A program made the position numbers and the translations under genes. A model generated the notes under the pieces. It saw nothing but the letters and a program-made list of their open reading frames with translations, did no database searches and had not been told where the DNA came from. DNA of 64,000 nt from Andalucia godoyi And28 (Eukaryota; Protista; Jakobida). This document shows positions 17,953-28,200 of this stretch, one piece after another. The stretch is taken from contig VRVR01000007.1 of assembly GCA_009859145.1 (NCBI GenBank), positions 1 to 64,000 of the forward strand. The letters run 5' to 3'. Every line of letters begins with the position of its first letter. The stretch's first letter is position 1.

Positions 17953-20910
17953 TTACTGTACAGTCTCGACAGACTCCTCCGTCTGTTGGCGAGAGGACCA
18001 CTCCTGTTTGCACCACTCGGACTGGCCCGACACCGACTCTGTCCACGCCGCGAACGCCTGCTCGCGGTTGGACAATGCAGTTTCCATGAACTGTTCGTAG
18101 AGAGATTTTAGGTGCTCTTCTCGCTCTGCGGCCAGGTCCTTGGAAGCAGCACGGAGACTATCGCGCGCGGCCGCGGCTTTCGCACTACGAGATTCGGCGT
18201 CTTCTCGGAGACGCTCGCTCGAAAGAACTTCATACTCGAGGACGTTTCGGGGATGCAGCTCGCCGATCAGACACTGCACGAAATTCTCTTTCGTTTGCTC
18301 CATTGACTGGTATTTTGCCAGAGCTTCCTTTGCCTTTTCTGCACGAGCAGTGACCAGTGAAGATCCTGATGGTGCTTTTCCTTTTGCCTTCGGATCCACC
18401 GGCGCCGCCTCATCCGCTCCCCATGTCTCCTTAATTGCCTTAAGAGCTGCTTCACGAGCGAGATTCGGTGTGACTACGAACTTGTCAGTATTCCCAACAA
18501 CAAGAAAACAAAATGAGACGGGTCCTTTGGCAGCAACCGGAACACGCAGCACGGTAGCGCGAACGTCTAGAGCAGAAATGGCTGGCGTTCCTTTGCCTTT
18601 CGCCGCCGCCGGAGCACTTGCTAACAGCGGAGTATTCAGGGAAGAAAGAATTCCAGATCTGCCATCCACAATCTTGCTGGCAATGACCTTGTTCTCGCAC
18701 GTCCAATCGATCTGCACAATTGTCTCGTGCATGTTGCCGCTGAACACAAAATCAAACATTGTTTCGGCTGAAGGCTGTAGCGTGAGAGAGAAGAGTTCTC
18801 CGTCGCAATTCGGACGGTACACGCCTTCGATCTTTTCCGTTTTCGCCGATGAAACCTTTGTCGGAGGAGCAGAAAGCGGTTTTGGTTGCGAAATGAAAGA
18901 CAGTCCATAATTGAACATCAGAGAATCCAGTCTGACGGCGCTCGCGGAGTCATCAATCAGCAGGACGGCAGAAACCACAAATCCGCCGACGTTTTTGGCA
19001 CCAGAGAACACGATTTGTGAATTTCCAGACGAGGACTTCACGGCCAGCGTGTCCAAATCGACAACAAACAGCCTCACATATCTGCAGAGTGCATCGGACA
19101 CTGCCTCATCCAAGTTTGGCGTCGTGACAGACCAGTTGATGTGCACGGACAACGCTTCAGGAAGAGCAAACTTGTGTCGTGAAAGAATGACTGGGAAGTG
19201 CGGAACGACAGGAGACGTGGACGCAAAATCACCCGAATCCTTTGCAAGATAAAGCTCACACTTCTTGAATGCGTCCTCAACCGGTAAAATCTCCACAAAT
19301 GGAGATTCGTCACCCTTGAGGAGTCTGCCTATAACAGTAAGAGAGAATGGGCCCGTTCCCTCAACAAGCAATCGCAAAATCGACCACCGCGGATTCGAAA
19401 TCAGGCGCACACACCCTTGCAGCGACGACGTTTCGCTAACGAGCGATGCAACTTTCGCTTCCGATCCGGAACTCTTGGAATAATCGAGCTGCGTCACAGC
19501 AACGGAAATCGACTTGGGCACGGACGCCTGATCAGAGGCACGTTGCAGCCCAAATGAAATCTCGGCAACGTCGTGTTCTGGTGCCTTGACGATGACGCAA
19601 AATGGGTTTGGTAGCTTGCCCTCTTCAAGATGCACAGTGGAGCAATACGACCAGTTGTGCGACCGTTGCGCACCGGGAGACACCTCGACGGACTGCAGAA
19701 CGAGAACCTCCTTGAAGACGGACAGCACAGCATCGTTGGACAGACCAAGCGGGATCCACGCATCCGCAAGCGAGCTCTCCTGCCCTATCAGTCGATCCTG
19801 CAATGCAAACTGGAAGTCGTTTTCAAACGGGGCGGTCCACAAACCAGTGTCCCGGAACGAGCCCGTTCCCTTCCAATCCAAAGATATAGCTGCAACACGA
19901 ACCCAGAAATTGTTTGAAAACTGCTTCACGCCAAGCACGACATGCGACGAGTTCGGAACGCCCAAGGTTGCGAGATCTCGGCTTTCGTCTGGAATGACCA
20001 AGACCGCGGAATGCACAGAGTGGGATGTGAACACAGAAAACGCGTCCAGCTCATTCGTTGCAAACTTTCGACAATATCTGCCAGTCAGTGTCGTGAAGAG
20101 AAACTGCTCGTCCAACAGAAGTTCTGGAGCGTACCAACAAATCGCACACAGGGCTTTCTGCAAAGCCGCCGGCCAAAACTCTGCGGATATGCAGTTGTTG
20201 AAATAGGTGTACAAAACATGAAACACGCTGGTGGATTCGACTTCGGAAGTCAAAACCGGGAAGGCATCATCAATCACAACACATCTCCAACAACCACGAA
20301 AAAAGAGCTTGACAGCAAGTTTTCCAGGAAGTGCCGGAATGGAATGGATCAACTCCCATAAATACGAGCCTTCTGCAGCATTCCTATTCAACATGTCAAG
20401 CTTTAGAACGATCGAGCGGAACAACGCGTTGAATGACGACTCTTGGAACCCCGGATGGTTCTTGCGAAGATAGGCCGTCGAATGTCCCACAGAGCGCTTC
20501 TGTGCCAAAACCGAAGCTCTTGCGGAGTCGGACGCTGCCTCTGCAATTTCGCTGTCAGTCATCCGTTTTTTCTCCGAAACGATCAGACTCTCAAAGTCGG
20601 GATTCCTGCGCGACGTGGACGAACTCCCCGTAGGAGGCCGACTGGGCAGCACCATCTTTGAAAACAGCGTCCTGGACAGGTCAGCACCTGCAACACTCTG
20701 GACTTCATACTTGGAAAAGTTTGGATTGCCAGTCGCAACCAAGCATGAAAATGCGTCTGCAAAACTCGCGGCCGAAAACGCAATATTTGAAGCCGGGACC
20801 GTCTCCCACGCAAATGCCGGGTTCCCGGCCGACGCAGACCATTCCGGAAATGTGTTCAGCGTTGGCGGTGGCGCCGCGACCGGTTCCTCTTTTCCTTTCT
20901 TCGGAGGCAT
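17953..20910 (-). CDS. ADGB: Androglobin-like calpain-related protein
   Basis: FPEWS N-terminal motif, calpain-like VKLFFRGCWRCVVIDDAFP...EFWPAALQKAL, C-terminal R-x3-ALKAIKETW...RAEKAKEALAKY similar to androglobin. Confidence 0.7.
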   Translation of the reverse strand: MPPKKGKEEPVAAPPPTLNTFPEWSASAGNPAFAWETVPASNIAFSAASFADAFSCLVATGNPNFSKYEVQSVAGADLSRTLFSKMVLPSRPPTGSSSTSRRNPDFESLIVSEKKRMTDSEIAEAASDSARASVLAQKRSVGHSTAYLRKNHPGFQESSFNALFRSIVLKLDMLNRNAAEGSYLWELIHSIPALPGKLAVKLFFRGCWRCVVIDDAFPVLTSEVESTSVFHVLYTYFNNCISAEFWPAALQKALCAICWYAPELLLDEQFLFTTLTGRYCRKFATNELDAFSVFTSHSVHSAVLVIPDESRDLATLGVPNSSHVVLGVKQFSNNFWVRVAAISLDWKGTGSFRDTGLWTAPFENDFQFALQDRLIGQESSLADAWIPLGLSNDAVLSVFKEVLVLQSVEVSPGAQRSHNWSYCSTVHLEEGKLPNPFCVIVKAPEHDVAEISFGLQRASDQASVPKSISVAVTQLDYSKSSGSEAKVASLVSETSSLQGCVRLISNPRWSILRLLVEGTGPFSLTVIGRLLKGDESPFVEILPVEDAFKKCELYLAKDSGDFASTSPVVPHFPVILSRHKFALPEALSVHINWSVTTPNLDEAVSDALCRYVRLFVVDLDTLAVKSSSGNSQIVFSGAKNVGGFVVSAVLLIDDSASAVRLDSLMFNYGLSFISQPKPLSAPPTKVSSAKTEKIEGVYRPNCDGELFSLTLQPSAETMFDFVFSGNMHETIVQIDWTCENKVIASKIVDGRSGILSSLNTPLLASAPAAAKGKGTPAISALDVRATVLRVPVAAKGPVSFCFLVVGNTDKFVVTPNLAREAALKAIKETWGADEAAPVDPKAKGKAPSGSSLVTARAEKAKEALAKYQSMEQTKENFVQCLIGELHPRNVLEYEVLSSERLREDAESRSAKAAAARDSLRAASKDLAAEREEHLKSLYEQFMETALSNREQAFAAWTESVSGQSEWCKQEWSSRQQTEESVETVQ

Positions 20911-21238
20911 CTGGCTTGTTCACTGAGTCGTGTGGAAAACAGTAGGAACAAAAAGCCTCTTTTATGAAAAAATCCAAAATAATAATTATGATAATAGAAT
21001 TCAATAAATAAATACACAAAGAAGAAGAAGAAGGAAGAAGAAGAAAATCCTGCGAATGCAAACGGATATTTTATCCTCGACCAGGTCAAAAACGACAAAT
21101 GACAATCGGAAAAACTTTTCTTTGGAATCGACATGCGTCGACACGAGTAAAAAAAAGGCTGAGTTTCAAGCTTGCGGATTTCGTAATCGTGTTTTTATTA
21201 AGTATCGTTTTCATTTTTTTTCATTTTGGTTTTGTTTT

Positions 21239-21691
21239 TCATCGTCGTGGCAACAACGCCTGGAATCCTAACGCAGGGCTTTCCCCATCGAGTTTAAACT
21301 TAAGAAAAACGAAATCTGCCTCTTTTCCTCTTGGAAGCTTGTTCGAAACTGCAGGAGCGCCCCGAAAACAAATACGATGCTTCAAAGTCAGGTGCTTCGG
21401 ACATGGGTCGCGTGCGGAAAGCTGCGGTGTATCCGCACCACTTCTTGCCGAATGACTCCACAAATAGCTCCGCAATTTCGCCAGCTGTATGCGCAAACTT
21501 TGATGCGGTATGTTGCTCCCCAAGTTTGAGACGACCAGCGTGGTGTCTTGTGTCAAGCGTCGCATTCGGTGCAAGACTGCACGCCGGATGCTGACGCGAG
21601 GCCGCTTCCAATTCCGACCAACAGCTGCTGCACTAAGCGATTCCGACGTTGGGAAAGCCAGCCGACCCGCCCGTGGCTGAAAGACGCGCAT
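21239..21691 (-). CDS. 150-aa protein with degenerate RRM-like segments
   Basis: ATG at 21691; TLVVSNLG (RNP2-like) and KEADFVFLKF (RNP1-like); Arg-rich, acid-poor N-terminus. Confidence 0.5.
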   Translation of the reverse strand: MRVFQPRAGRLAFPTSESLSAAAVGRNWKRPRVSIRRAVLHRMRRLTQDTTLVVSNLGSNIPHQSLRIQLAKLRSYLWSHSARSGADTPQLSARDPCPKHLTLKHRICFRGAPAVSNKLPRGKEADFVFLKFKLDGESPALGFQALLPRR

Positions 21692-21996
21692 ACGGTGTCC
21701 GCAATGAGGAATTTCGCGATCTATTGAAAGCGTACAAAGGTCAAACTCGGGCGAAGAAGGAGCAGGGAGTCAATCTCCAAACCACAAAATTGAAGCGAAG
21801 ATTCGCACGCGAAAGACGGGGAGTAAATCGCTTTGTCATTCATGGCGCCCAGTGCCGACACTAGCTTGCTCCAATTTTTACATTCAGGTGGCGAGTCGAC
21901 TGGAGTAAAAGGATATGAAAAAAGAAAAAGACGACAACGACGATAACGACAACGACAACGACAATGATGATGATGATGATGATGCAAAGGACTCCT

Positions 21997-23235
21997 TTAT
22001 GGTCTGCTGTCATATCGAGATGTCGGTGGGGTTCCAGAGAACGAAGAGTTGAGCGACTCCTGCAACGGAGACTTGCGGCCGGTGTTTCCAATGGACGCCG
22101 TTGCTGTGCCATTTGGCAGACCAGCGGTGTTTGCAGATGTCGGAAAATGCGATGCACTTCTTGGAGCCGAACTCGGTCTTTGATGCAGATGAGTGCTTGG
22201 GGAGGACGAAGTTGGCTGCTTCTGAACAAAACTGGCATCTTCCAATAGCCGGACGCGGGTTTCCAGCATGGACAGTTTGGCCGATACAGGCTCGAGGGCC
22301 CGAGAGAGCAGATTGGCAAATCGCAGTTCCACGGTATCCATTCGATCGTTGAGCAAGTTGAACAACTCCTGCATGTTGAATTCGACGACTCGAGTGCCCT
22401 TGGACCGGTCATTATCGTCTACCGGAATGGCAATGGTTTCAAACCTGTTCAGTGCGTCGCGATTCGTGTCGTCTTTCTGAAGCTTCGACGACGAAAACGA
22501 CATGCTGCTTCGAATTGTTGTGTTCATGTCCAGACCCTCCAGTGCAGACATTCGCAGTCTTGTCATGTCCGGTCCTTCTGCCGATGACGAGAGCGGCGGC
22601 GATGCACTGTTTTTGCGACTACTCGAGCCACCAGACGCTGTCCCTGTGGCAGCCCCCGCGCTCGAAGTCGCATTCAATCCAGCAGACGACTTTGAAACAG
22701 CAGCCTGAGACGACTGTGGTATACTGTGACTGCTGCTCGTCCCTGAGCCGCTGGTCATTGTTGAGGACGATGCCGTGTGTGGCGAGGTCGAAGCTGGGGC
22801 AGCTTCCAGCTTTTCCCGGTACATTTCGTTATGTTTGTGCTTCAGAGCCCGGATGACATCCACCAGAAACACCGCCTTCTTGTCCGCGTTCCCGGGAGTT
22901 AAGTACTGCACGACGGAAAATGGAACCTTGGTCCCTATTTTCTCCTGCAAGAACCGAAAGGCGGATTCAAGAAACCCAGATGCAGTCAAATTCTCGTGAA
23001 CTGCATACCCGCCTTCGCTGTACATTCGACCAATCGGCCGAGAAAACCCAAAAATGCAAAATTGAAGAAGAGAAACGTAGACTCGTGGGTTCCCATCAAG
23101 AAATCCATCCGAATCAAGCTTGGCCTTGTCATCATAGCGCACAGACAAGAGCTCTTTTCGTAATCGAGAAAGCGAATTTTCAGACAGGCCACCTGCGGAG
23201 GTGCCCGAGAACGATCCCATTAGCGTGGAGTGCAT
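21997..23235 (-). CDS. CEP44: Centrosomal protein CEP44 homolog
   Basis: LRKELLSVRY...GNP.VYVSLLQFCIFGFS...FLESAFRFLQEKIGTK...VVQYL...ADKKAVFLVDVI matches the CEP44 domain; C-terminal coiled coil LETRVRLLE. ATG at 23235. Confidence 0.8.
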   Translation of the reverse strand: MHSTLMGSFSGTSAGGLSENSLSRLRKELLSVRYDDKAKLDSDGFLDGNPRVYVSLLQFCIFGFSRPIGRMYSEGGYAVHENLTASGFLESAFRFLQEKIGTKVPFSVVQYLTPGNADKKAVFLVDVIRALKHKHNEMYREKLEAAPASTSPHTASSSTMTSGSGTSSSHSIPQSSQAAVSKSSAGLNATSSAGAATGTASGGSSSRKNSASPPLSSSAEGPDMTRLRMSALEGLDMNTTIRSSMSFSSSKLQKDDTNRDALNRFETIAIPVDDNDRSKGTRVVEFNMQELFNLLNDRMDTVELRFANLLSRALEPVSAKLSMLETRVRLLEDASFVQKQPTSSSPSTHLHQRPSSAPRSASHFPTSANTAGLPNGTATASIGNTGRKSPLQESLNSSFSGTPPTSRYDSRP

Positions 23236-23612
23236 CGTGACGTCCTTTTGTATTTTTGTTAAGAAACAATGTGAGTCGCTGGAACGACGGTGATGAAAAT
23301 TTGCAAGACCATGCAAATGAAAAACTGAAATATGAAACCGGAAGGGAGGGGGAAAGTATGTGTTTCTCTCGAGAGCCATCAAGATCGTATAACAGTCTTA
23401 ATGAGGAAAAAAAAGAGGCGGCACTTGAAGCTGGCCCTCTGTTTGAGAGTACAATATCTCCTTATTATTCATATTATTTATTATTCATATTATTTATTAT
23501 TTGTTTTTTTACTTAATTATTATTATTTCTTATATTATATATTTTCCTTAATCTATGCTTTTACGTAATATATGTGGTTCGCAAAGTAAGGCATGGGGCT
23601 GCGAGCGCATTG

Positions 23613-24056
23613 ATGCAGGGAGATTCAAACGAGCTTGCTGGATACATCGCACAGTGGAACGGAATCCGGGCGTTGGAAGCCCGTCTCTTTCTGCAGCGAC
23701 GCAATGCTGTTGAACCTCTGACCGATGAATTCGACGATGATGCGAGTGCCCAAGGATCCGATTTAAGGCGTTTCATTCGAAAGCGCATGGAGCTAATGTG
23801 TGCCGTTCGGTGTGCACAAACGAATCTCAATCTGGTGACGGATGCAATTCCTTCTCTGCAGCTGCACGTTGCAGCGTCGTCTGACACCCTGCTGGCGAGT
23901 GTTGAAGCAGAGTTTGTGAGGATTCGCCAACTGCAGCACGAACTTGGGAATGTTGAGGCGCAGATAGAAAAATTGTGCGGTCCCTCATTTGATGGAAGGG
24001 GCCAAGCGATGCTTTTGGAGGTACAGATCGTCCGAGACAGACTGTCCATGCGGTGA
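23613..24056 (+). CDS. 147-aa coiled-coil protein, possibly dysbindin/BLOC-1-like
   Basis: Clean ORF with heptad pattern; LGNVEAQIEKLCG weakly recalls dysbindin. Confidence 0.6.
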   Translation: MQGDSNELAGYIAQWNGIRALEARLFLQRRNAVEPLTDEFDDDASAQGSDLRRFIRKRMELMCAVRCAQTNLNLVTDAIPSLQLHVAASSDTLLASVEAEFVRIRQLQHELGNVEAQIEKLCGPSFDGRGQAMLLEVQIVRDRLSMR

Positions 24057-24205
24057 GCAGTCATCGACATTCTCAATCTATATTTTTATTTTTTTTTAAA
24101 TAAAATTTTTTTAAAAAAATGTTTGCTGCTGTTTGCATCTATCATGTGAATTTTATGAGCACACCAAATAGAAGATGCAGAAGCCATCTGCAAACACACG
24201 CAGAG

Positions 24206-24658
24206 TTACAGACGGCGACCACGGCGACCTCCCTTGCGGCGGATGGTGTCCGAGGGGATCGGGGTAACGTCCTCCAGACGACCAATCTTGAGACCAGAGC
24301 GGGCAAGAGCACGGAGGGCAGACTGGGCACCAGGGCCGGGAGTCTTGGTGCGTGCACCACCAGTGGCACGGATCTTGATGTGAAGAGCAGTCACACCAAC
24401 CTCCTTGCACTTGGCAGCGACATCCTGGGCGGCCAACATGGCGGCATACGGCGACGACTCGTCACGATCTGCCTTAACCTTCATACCACCGGTAACACGA
24501 ACGATGGTTTCGCGTCCAGAAAGATCGGTGATGTGGACAAAGGTGTCGTTGAACGACGCATAGATGTGTGCAATTCCGAACACTTCGTTTCCAGCGGGAA
24601 CCTGGGGACCGACGGGGCCTGCGGCTGCCTCAACGGGGGCTTTCTTCTTGGGTGCCAT
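24206..24658 (-). CDS. RPS14: 40S ribosomal protein S14 (uS11)
   Basis: Near-invariant sequence [26 protein letters not shown]...[19 protein letters not shown]. Confidence 0.99.
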   Translation of the reverse strand: MAPKKKAPVEAAAGPVGPQVPAGNEVFGIAHIYASFNDTFVHITDLSGRETIVRVTGGMKVKADRDESSPYAAMLAAQDVAAKCKEVGVTALHIKIRATGGARTKTPGPGAQSALRALARSGLKIGRLEDVTPIPSDTIRRKGGRRGRRL

Positions 24659-24862
24659 TCTGATGGACAGGGGAAAGGGGCTTGACTAGGTGTATATAAT
24701 CGGGGGCCGATTCCTGGAACGGAAGAAAGGGGAGGAAAAGGAAAAGGAAACAGGAAGGAGGAGAAAAAAAAGACCAGAAGACGCAGCATGAAGAAACATG
24801 AAAAGAAAGAGCACCCAAAGGCAAATGAAAACGAATTAGGTCTTTTCTGTTTGTCCGGCAAC

Positions 24863-24870
24863 TAGGGTTT
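24863..24870 (-). promoter_or_regulatory. Telo-box-like motif AAACCCTA upstream of RPS14
   Basis: TAGGGTTT on + strand, 205 nt upstream of the ATG. Confidence 0.4.
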
Positions 24871-24895
24871 TGCTAATGAGCTCCCTCATTAGCGA
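24870..24895. repeat. Inverted repeat GCTAATGAG-ctcc-CTCATTAGC
   Basis: Perfect 9-bp stem (24872-24880 / 24885-24893) with a 4-nt loop in the RPS14/DOCK divergent spacer. Confidence 0.8.
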
Positions 24896-25244
24896 GGACA
24901 TGAGAAAAACCCCGCCCACGAAAAAGCGACTGTAGACAGACGCATCCTTTTTTTCCCCTTGAGAGCTGACCGTAGTCGCGGTCGGACATTACGGAACACG
25001 GAGGGACATGCGTCCCCGTCGTTTCTTCTTTTCGTATTTCGGTTTTCGTTTCATTGGGGGAGAGACCAAAGACCCAGAGAGCCTGGCTTCATGGTTATTT
25101 GTGCTGTTTGAGACTGTTGTTTACACGCACTTACTGTGTTTTTCTTTCTTTTTTTTTTAACAACTCATCATTATTTATTTTAAATTTGCTCCTTGTTTTT
25201 GAATTTATTTGTTAATTACAAAGGTTGACATCTCGTTGTTGTTT

Positions 25245-28200
25245 ATGACGACCGCAAGTCTTGCAGGCTCGCCTCAAAGTTTTCCGTCTTGGAATAAGAA
25301 AGAAGGCTTTGGAGTTGCCAAGTTTGCGTTTGCGGCGACGGGCCGCTATCAACTGTCTCTGAATGCTGGAGAGTACGTGTACATTTCACAAGAATGCAAT
25401 GGATGGTATCGCGGCGGCATCCTGGAAGGTGAGGAAAAGGGCATTTTCCCTTCAAACTACATTGCGCTGCTGGAGGAGGTTCCGGAACGCAAGCAACAGT
25501 TGCAACAGTTGCAGCAACAAGAAACGAATTCACAAAGGAAGCCACCTCCACTTTCGTCTGCGAATGCCGTCAAGGATGAGATTCTCGACGAAATTATCAA
25601 TGTTCTCCGAGAATGGGGAGTAGAAATGAAGAGACTGCTGGAGAATAAGAGGTTCTACGACTCGGACTCTCTCAAGGAAAAGATGGCGGTGCTTGTGCAG
25701 CTTCGAAAACAGATGATCTTACTGCCTTCTGACCGGTTTACAAATGAGCAATTCTCGGAATTGAAGAGCAAGGCAATCAAGGTGATTGAGGAGGGGTCAA
25801 GGATGTTGAATTTGGACATGATTGTACGTGTGTCTGCGGGAGAGAAGAAGGGGCAACGAGCGGATGAAGTCAACACGCCGATCGTGGAGTTGTACCGGCA
25901 ACATAAGGATTCACAGGAGAGGGAGGACCAGGAACAACTGCGACGAAAGAAAGAAGAGGATCGAAAACGGATGACATCAGGAAAGCGTTCGAAACAAGGA
26001 AAGATTCGAGACAAGGCTGCGCAATCAGTAATGGGTTTCAACTTTCCAGAAGGCCCGCTGCAACTTGTCCTGGATGTCAAAGCATGCATGTTCAATGCTG
26101 GCGTGGAAACCGAACTGTACTTTGGCTTATATTCGGCCGCAGAAAAGGCTTTCATCACAGAGGAGTTTACTTTTGAGTTGACGGCGCTTGGCATGCCCAA
26201 GGATCAAAATCTCATCAATAATTTGAGGTGCCTGTTCAAGGATTTGTCGACTGTGGAGCTAGCCAAGGACCTCTATCTCGTATGCAGAATCTACCGTGTT
26301 TGCCACCCTTGGGACGACAAGGAGCATTCGTCGTCGTCGTCAACATCATCATCCTCAGGCCATTCGTCTGCATCTTCTGGGTCTTCATCAATTTCGAGAA
26401 GGCTAGAAGATCCTTCTGGTAAGGTTCGAAAGCCATATGGATGCGGCGTCCTGCATCTTTCTCCTGCTCTGCTGCAGAAGATCTCCATGGACGAAGAGTT
26501 TTGTCCGGACAACATGGACATATATCGGTCTCCCGGAAACTCTCTGAACATGACACACGAGTTGATCATTTCCAATTCAAAGGATGTTGAGAGAGTTCCG
26601 ATGGCCATTGGAATTGCTGTTGGGCTCGCGTTTCATCCTGGTTCTTTCTTTGAGAAACGGCAGCGGTTCAGTGCATTGCCAGTGTGTCCAATGTCTTATT
26701 TTGGAAACATCATCCAGGCTGGCATTGTTCGATCTGACATGTATGTCACGGTGGATTCCGCGCAATTTACCTCAGACACAAAGAACAGCTTGATTATGAT
26801 GCATTGCTGCGGAGAAAACGGTGCCGCGCTCGAAGGGATTGTAGAACGAGGCAATCAGCATTTGAAGACACCGAACGCGTCGTACTGCACTCTCTTTGCA
26901 ATGGGAACATCCTCTCCTGTTTTCTCGGATGCTTGCAGACTGAACTTGCAGTCCATGGATCCCAGAAAATCGTACTTGTTGTTTGTCGCTTATTCTGGCT
27001 TGGCGAAGAGTAACAAGGGTCGGGTGGATCCTTATGCGTTTGCGACATTGGATCTTTGCAATGAGGACGGAATGATGCTCGAGGACCGTTCATATACTTT
27101 GCAGTTTTACAGATGGGGAAAGGGCTGGAAGTACCCTCCTCCGGATGTCATGAAGAACGAAGAGATGATGACACGCATTCTGTGCAAGAAGGAGTCCATT
27201 ACCGTGTCCACTCGCCTCGTGTCGACGAAGCTAACACAGTCGCCAACGCTTCATTATATGCTGAACTGGAAGATATTTCCTGAAAAATATGTGGATTCTT
27301 TGTCGCGATTCACGTTCCTGGAAATCAAGGAAATTGTGAAGTTTTTGAGGGAAATTTTCGATGCGCTGTTTGACATCCTGCGAGATACAACAGATCCGAA
27401 AATATCAAAGATGGTGTACGCTGCTCTCATTTTCATCATCGGTGAACTCGTGGATGACAAGAATCCGCAAATGGCAAAATATCGCGAAGTCATGGACGTG
27501 TACATCTCACAATCCCTCTCGTGTTCTGCTGCATTCGTTGCCCTGATCAAAAACTTGTCCGATGAGTTTGCCAAGTGTTCTGACGACAAATTCGCCAGCC
27601 ATTTGAGAAGTACTGCGAAGGCCTGCGGGTATGTGTTCAAATTCATCACAGCCTCCTTCAGGATATACTGTGAGCAGCTGCAATTGAAGGAAGACGAAGG
27701 TCTGCATGTCGAGTCCTTCAGAAGCGACGTGAAGGCTCTGATGGAGCAGATGATCGGCATGCTGTCTTTGCAACAACCAAAGTCTATTATTGCCGCGCAA
27801 ACCATCTTGCTGCGGCAAATGACGTACGTTTTCCAATCCCTGAGCGGACTCTTCTCTCCAAAGTCCCTCGGTAATTTGATGAGTCTTCTGCTGTCTTCGA
27901 TTCGCACGGATGTCGACAAGGTCGATTTTGTTCGAAACAAGCTGCTGGTTCTTCGTAAATTTGTTCAGAGCGACATTTTCGCACTCCGCGAGTCGCATCC
28001 GCTGGTTGTTGGCCAGATCATCAAGGAGAGTCGATTTCATCTTTCCGCAGAGAGAGATGAATCGGAGCATCTGCAGGTCGTGCCTATCATATCGGATATT
28101 ATCCTTGTTGTTCAGAAGCACCATCTGTTGGAGCCGCAAACGCAAAGGTTGTTGTGGGATGTATTTTTGGATCTGTTGATGTTTTTGTGCAAATTGCCTG

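Noticed and set aside
21677-21735. Two tiny 15- and 17-nt GT-AG introns extending the RRM-like ORF upstream
   Set aside because: An in-frame ATG at 21691 already explains the gene; all other inferred introns are 60 nt or longer and AT-rich.
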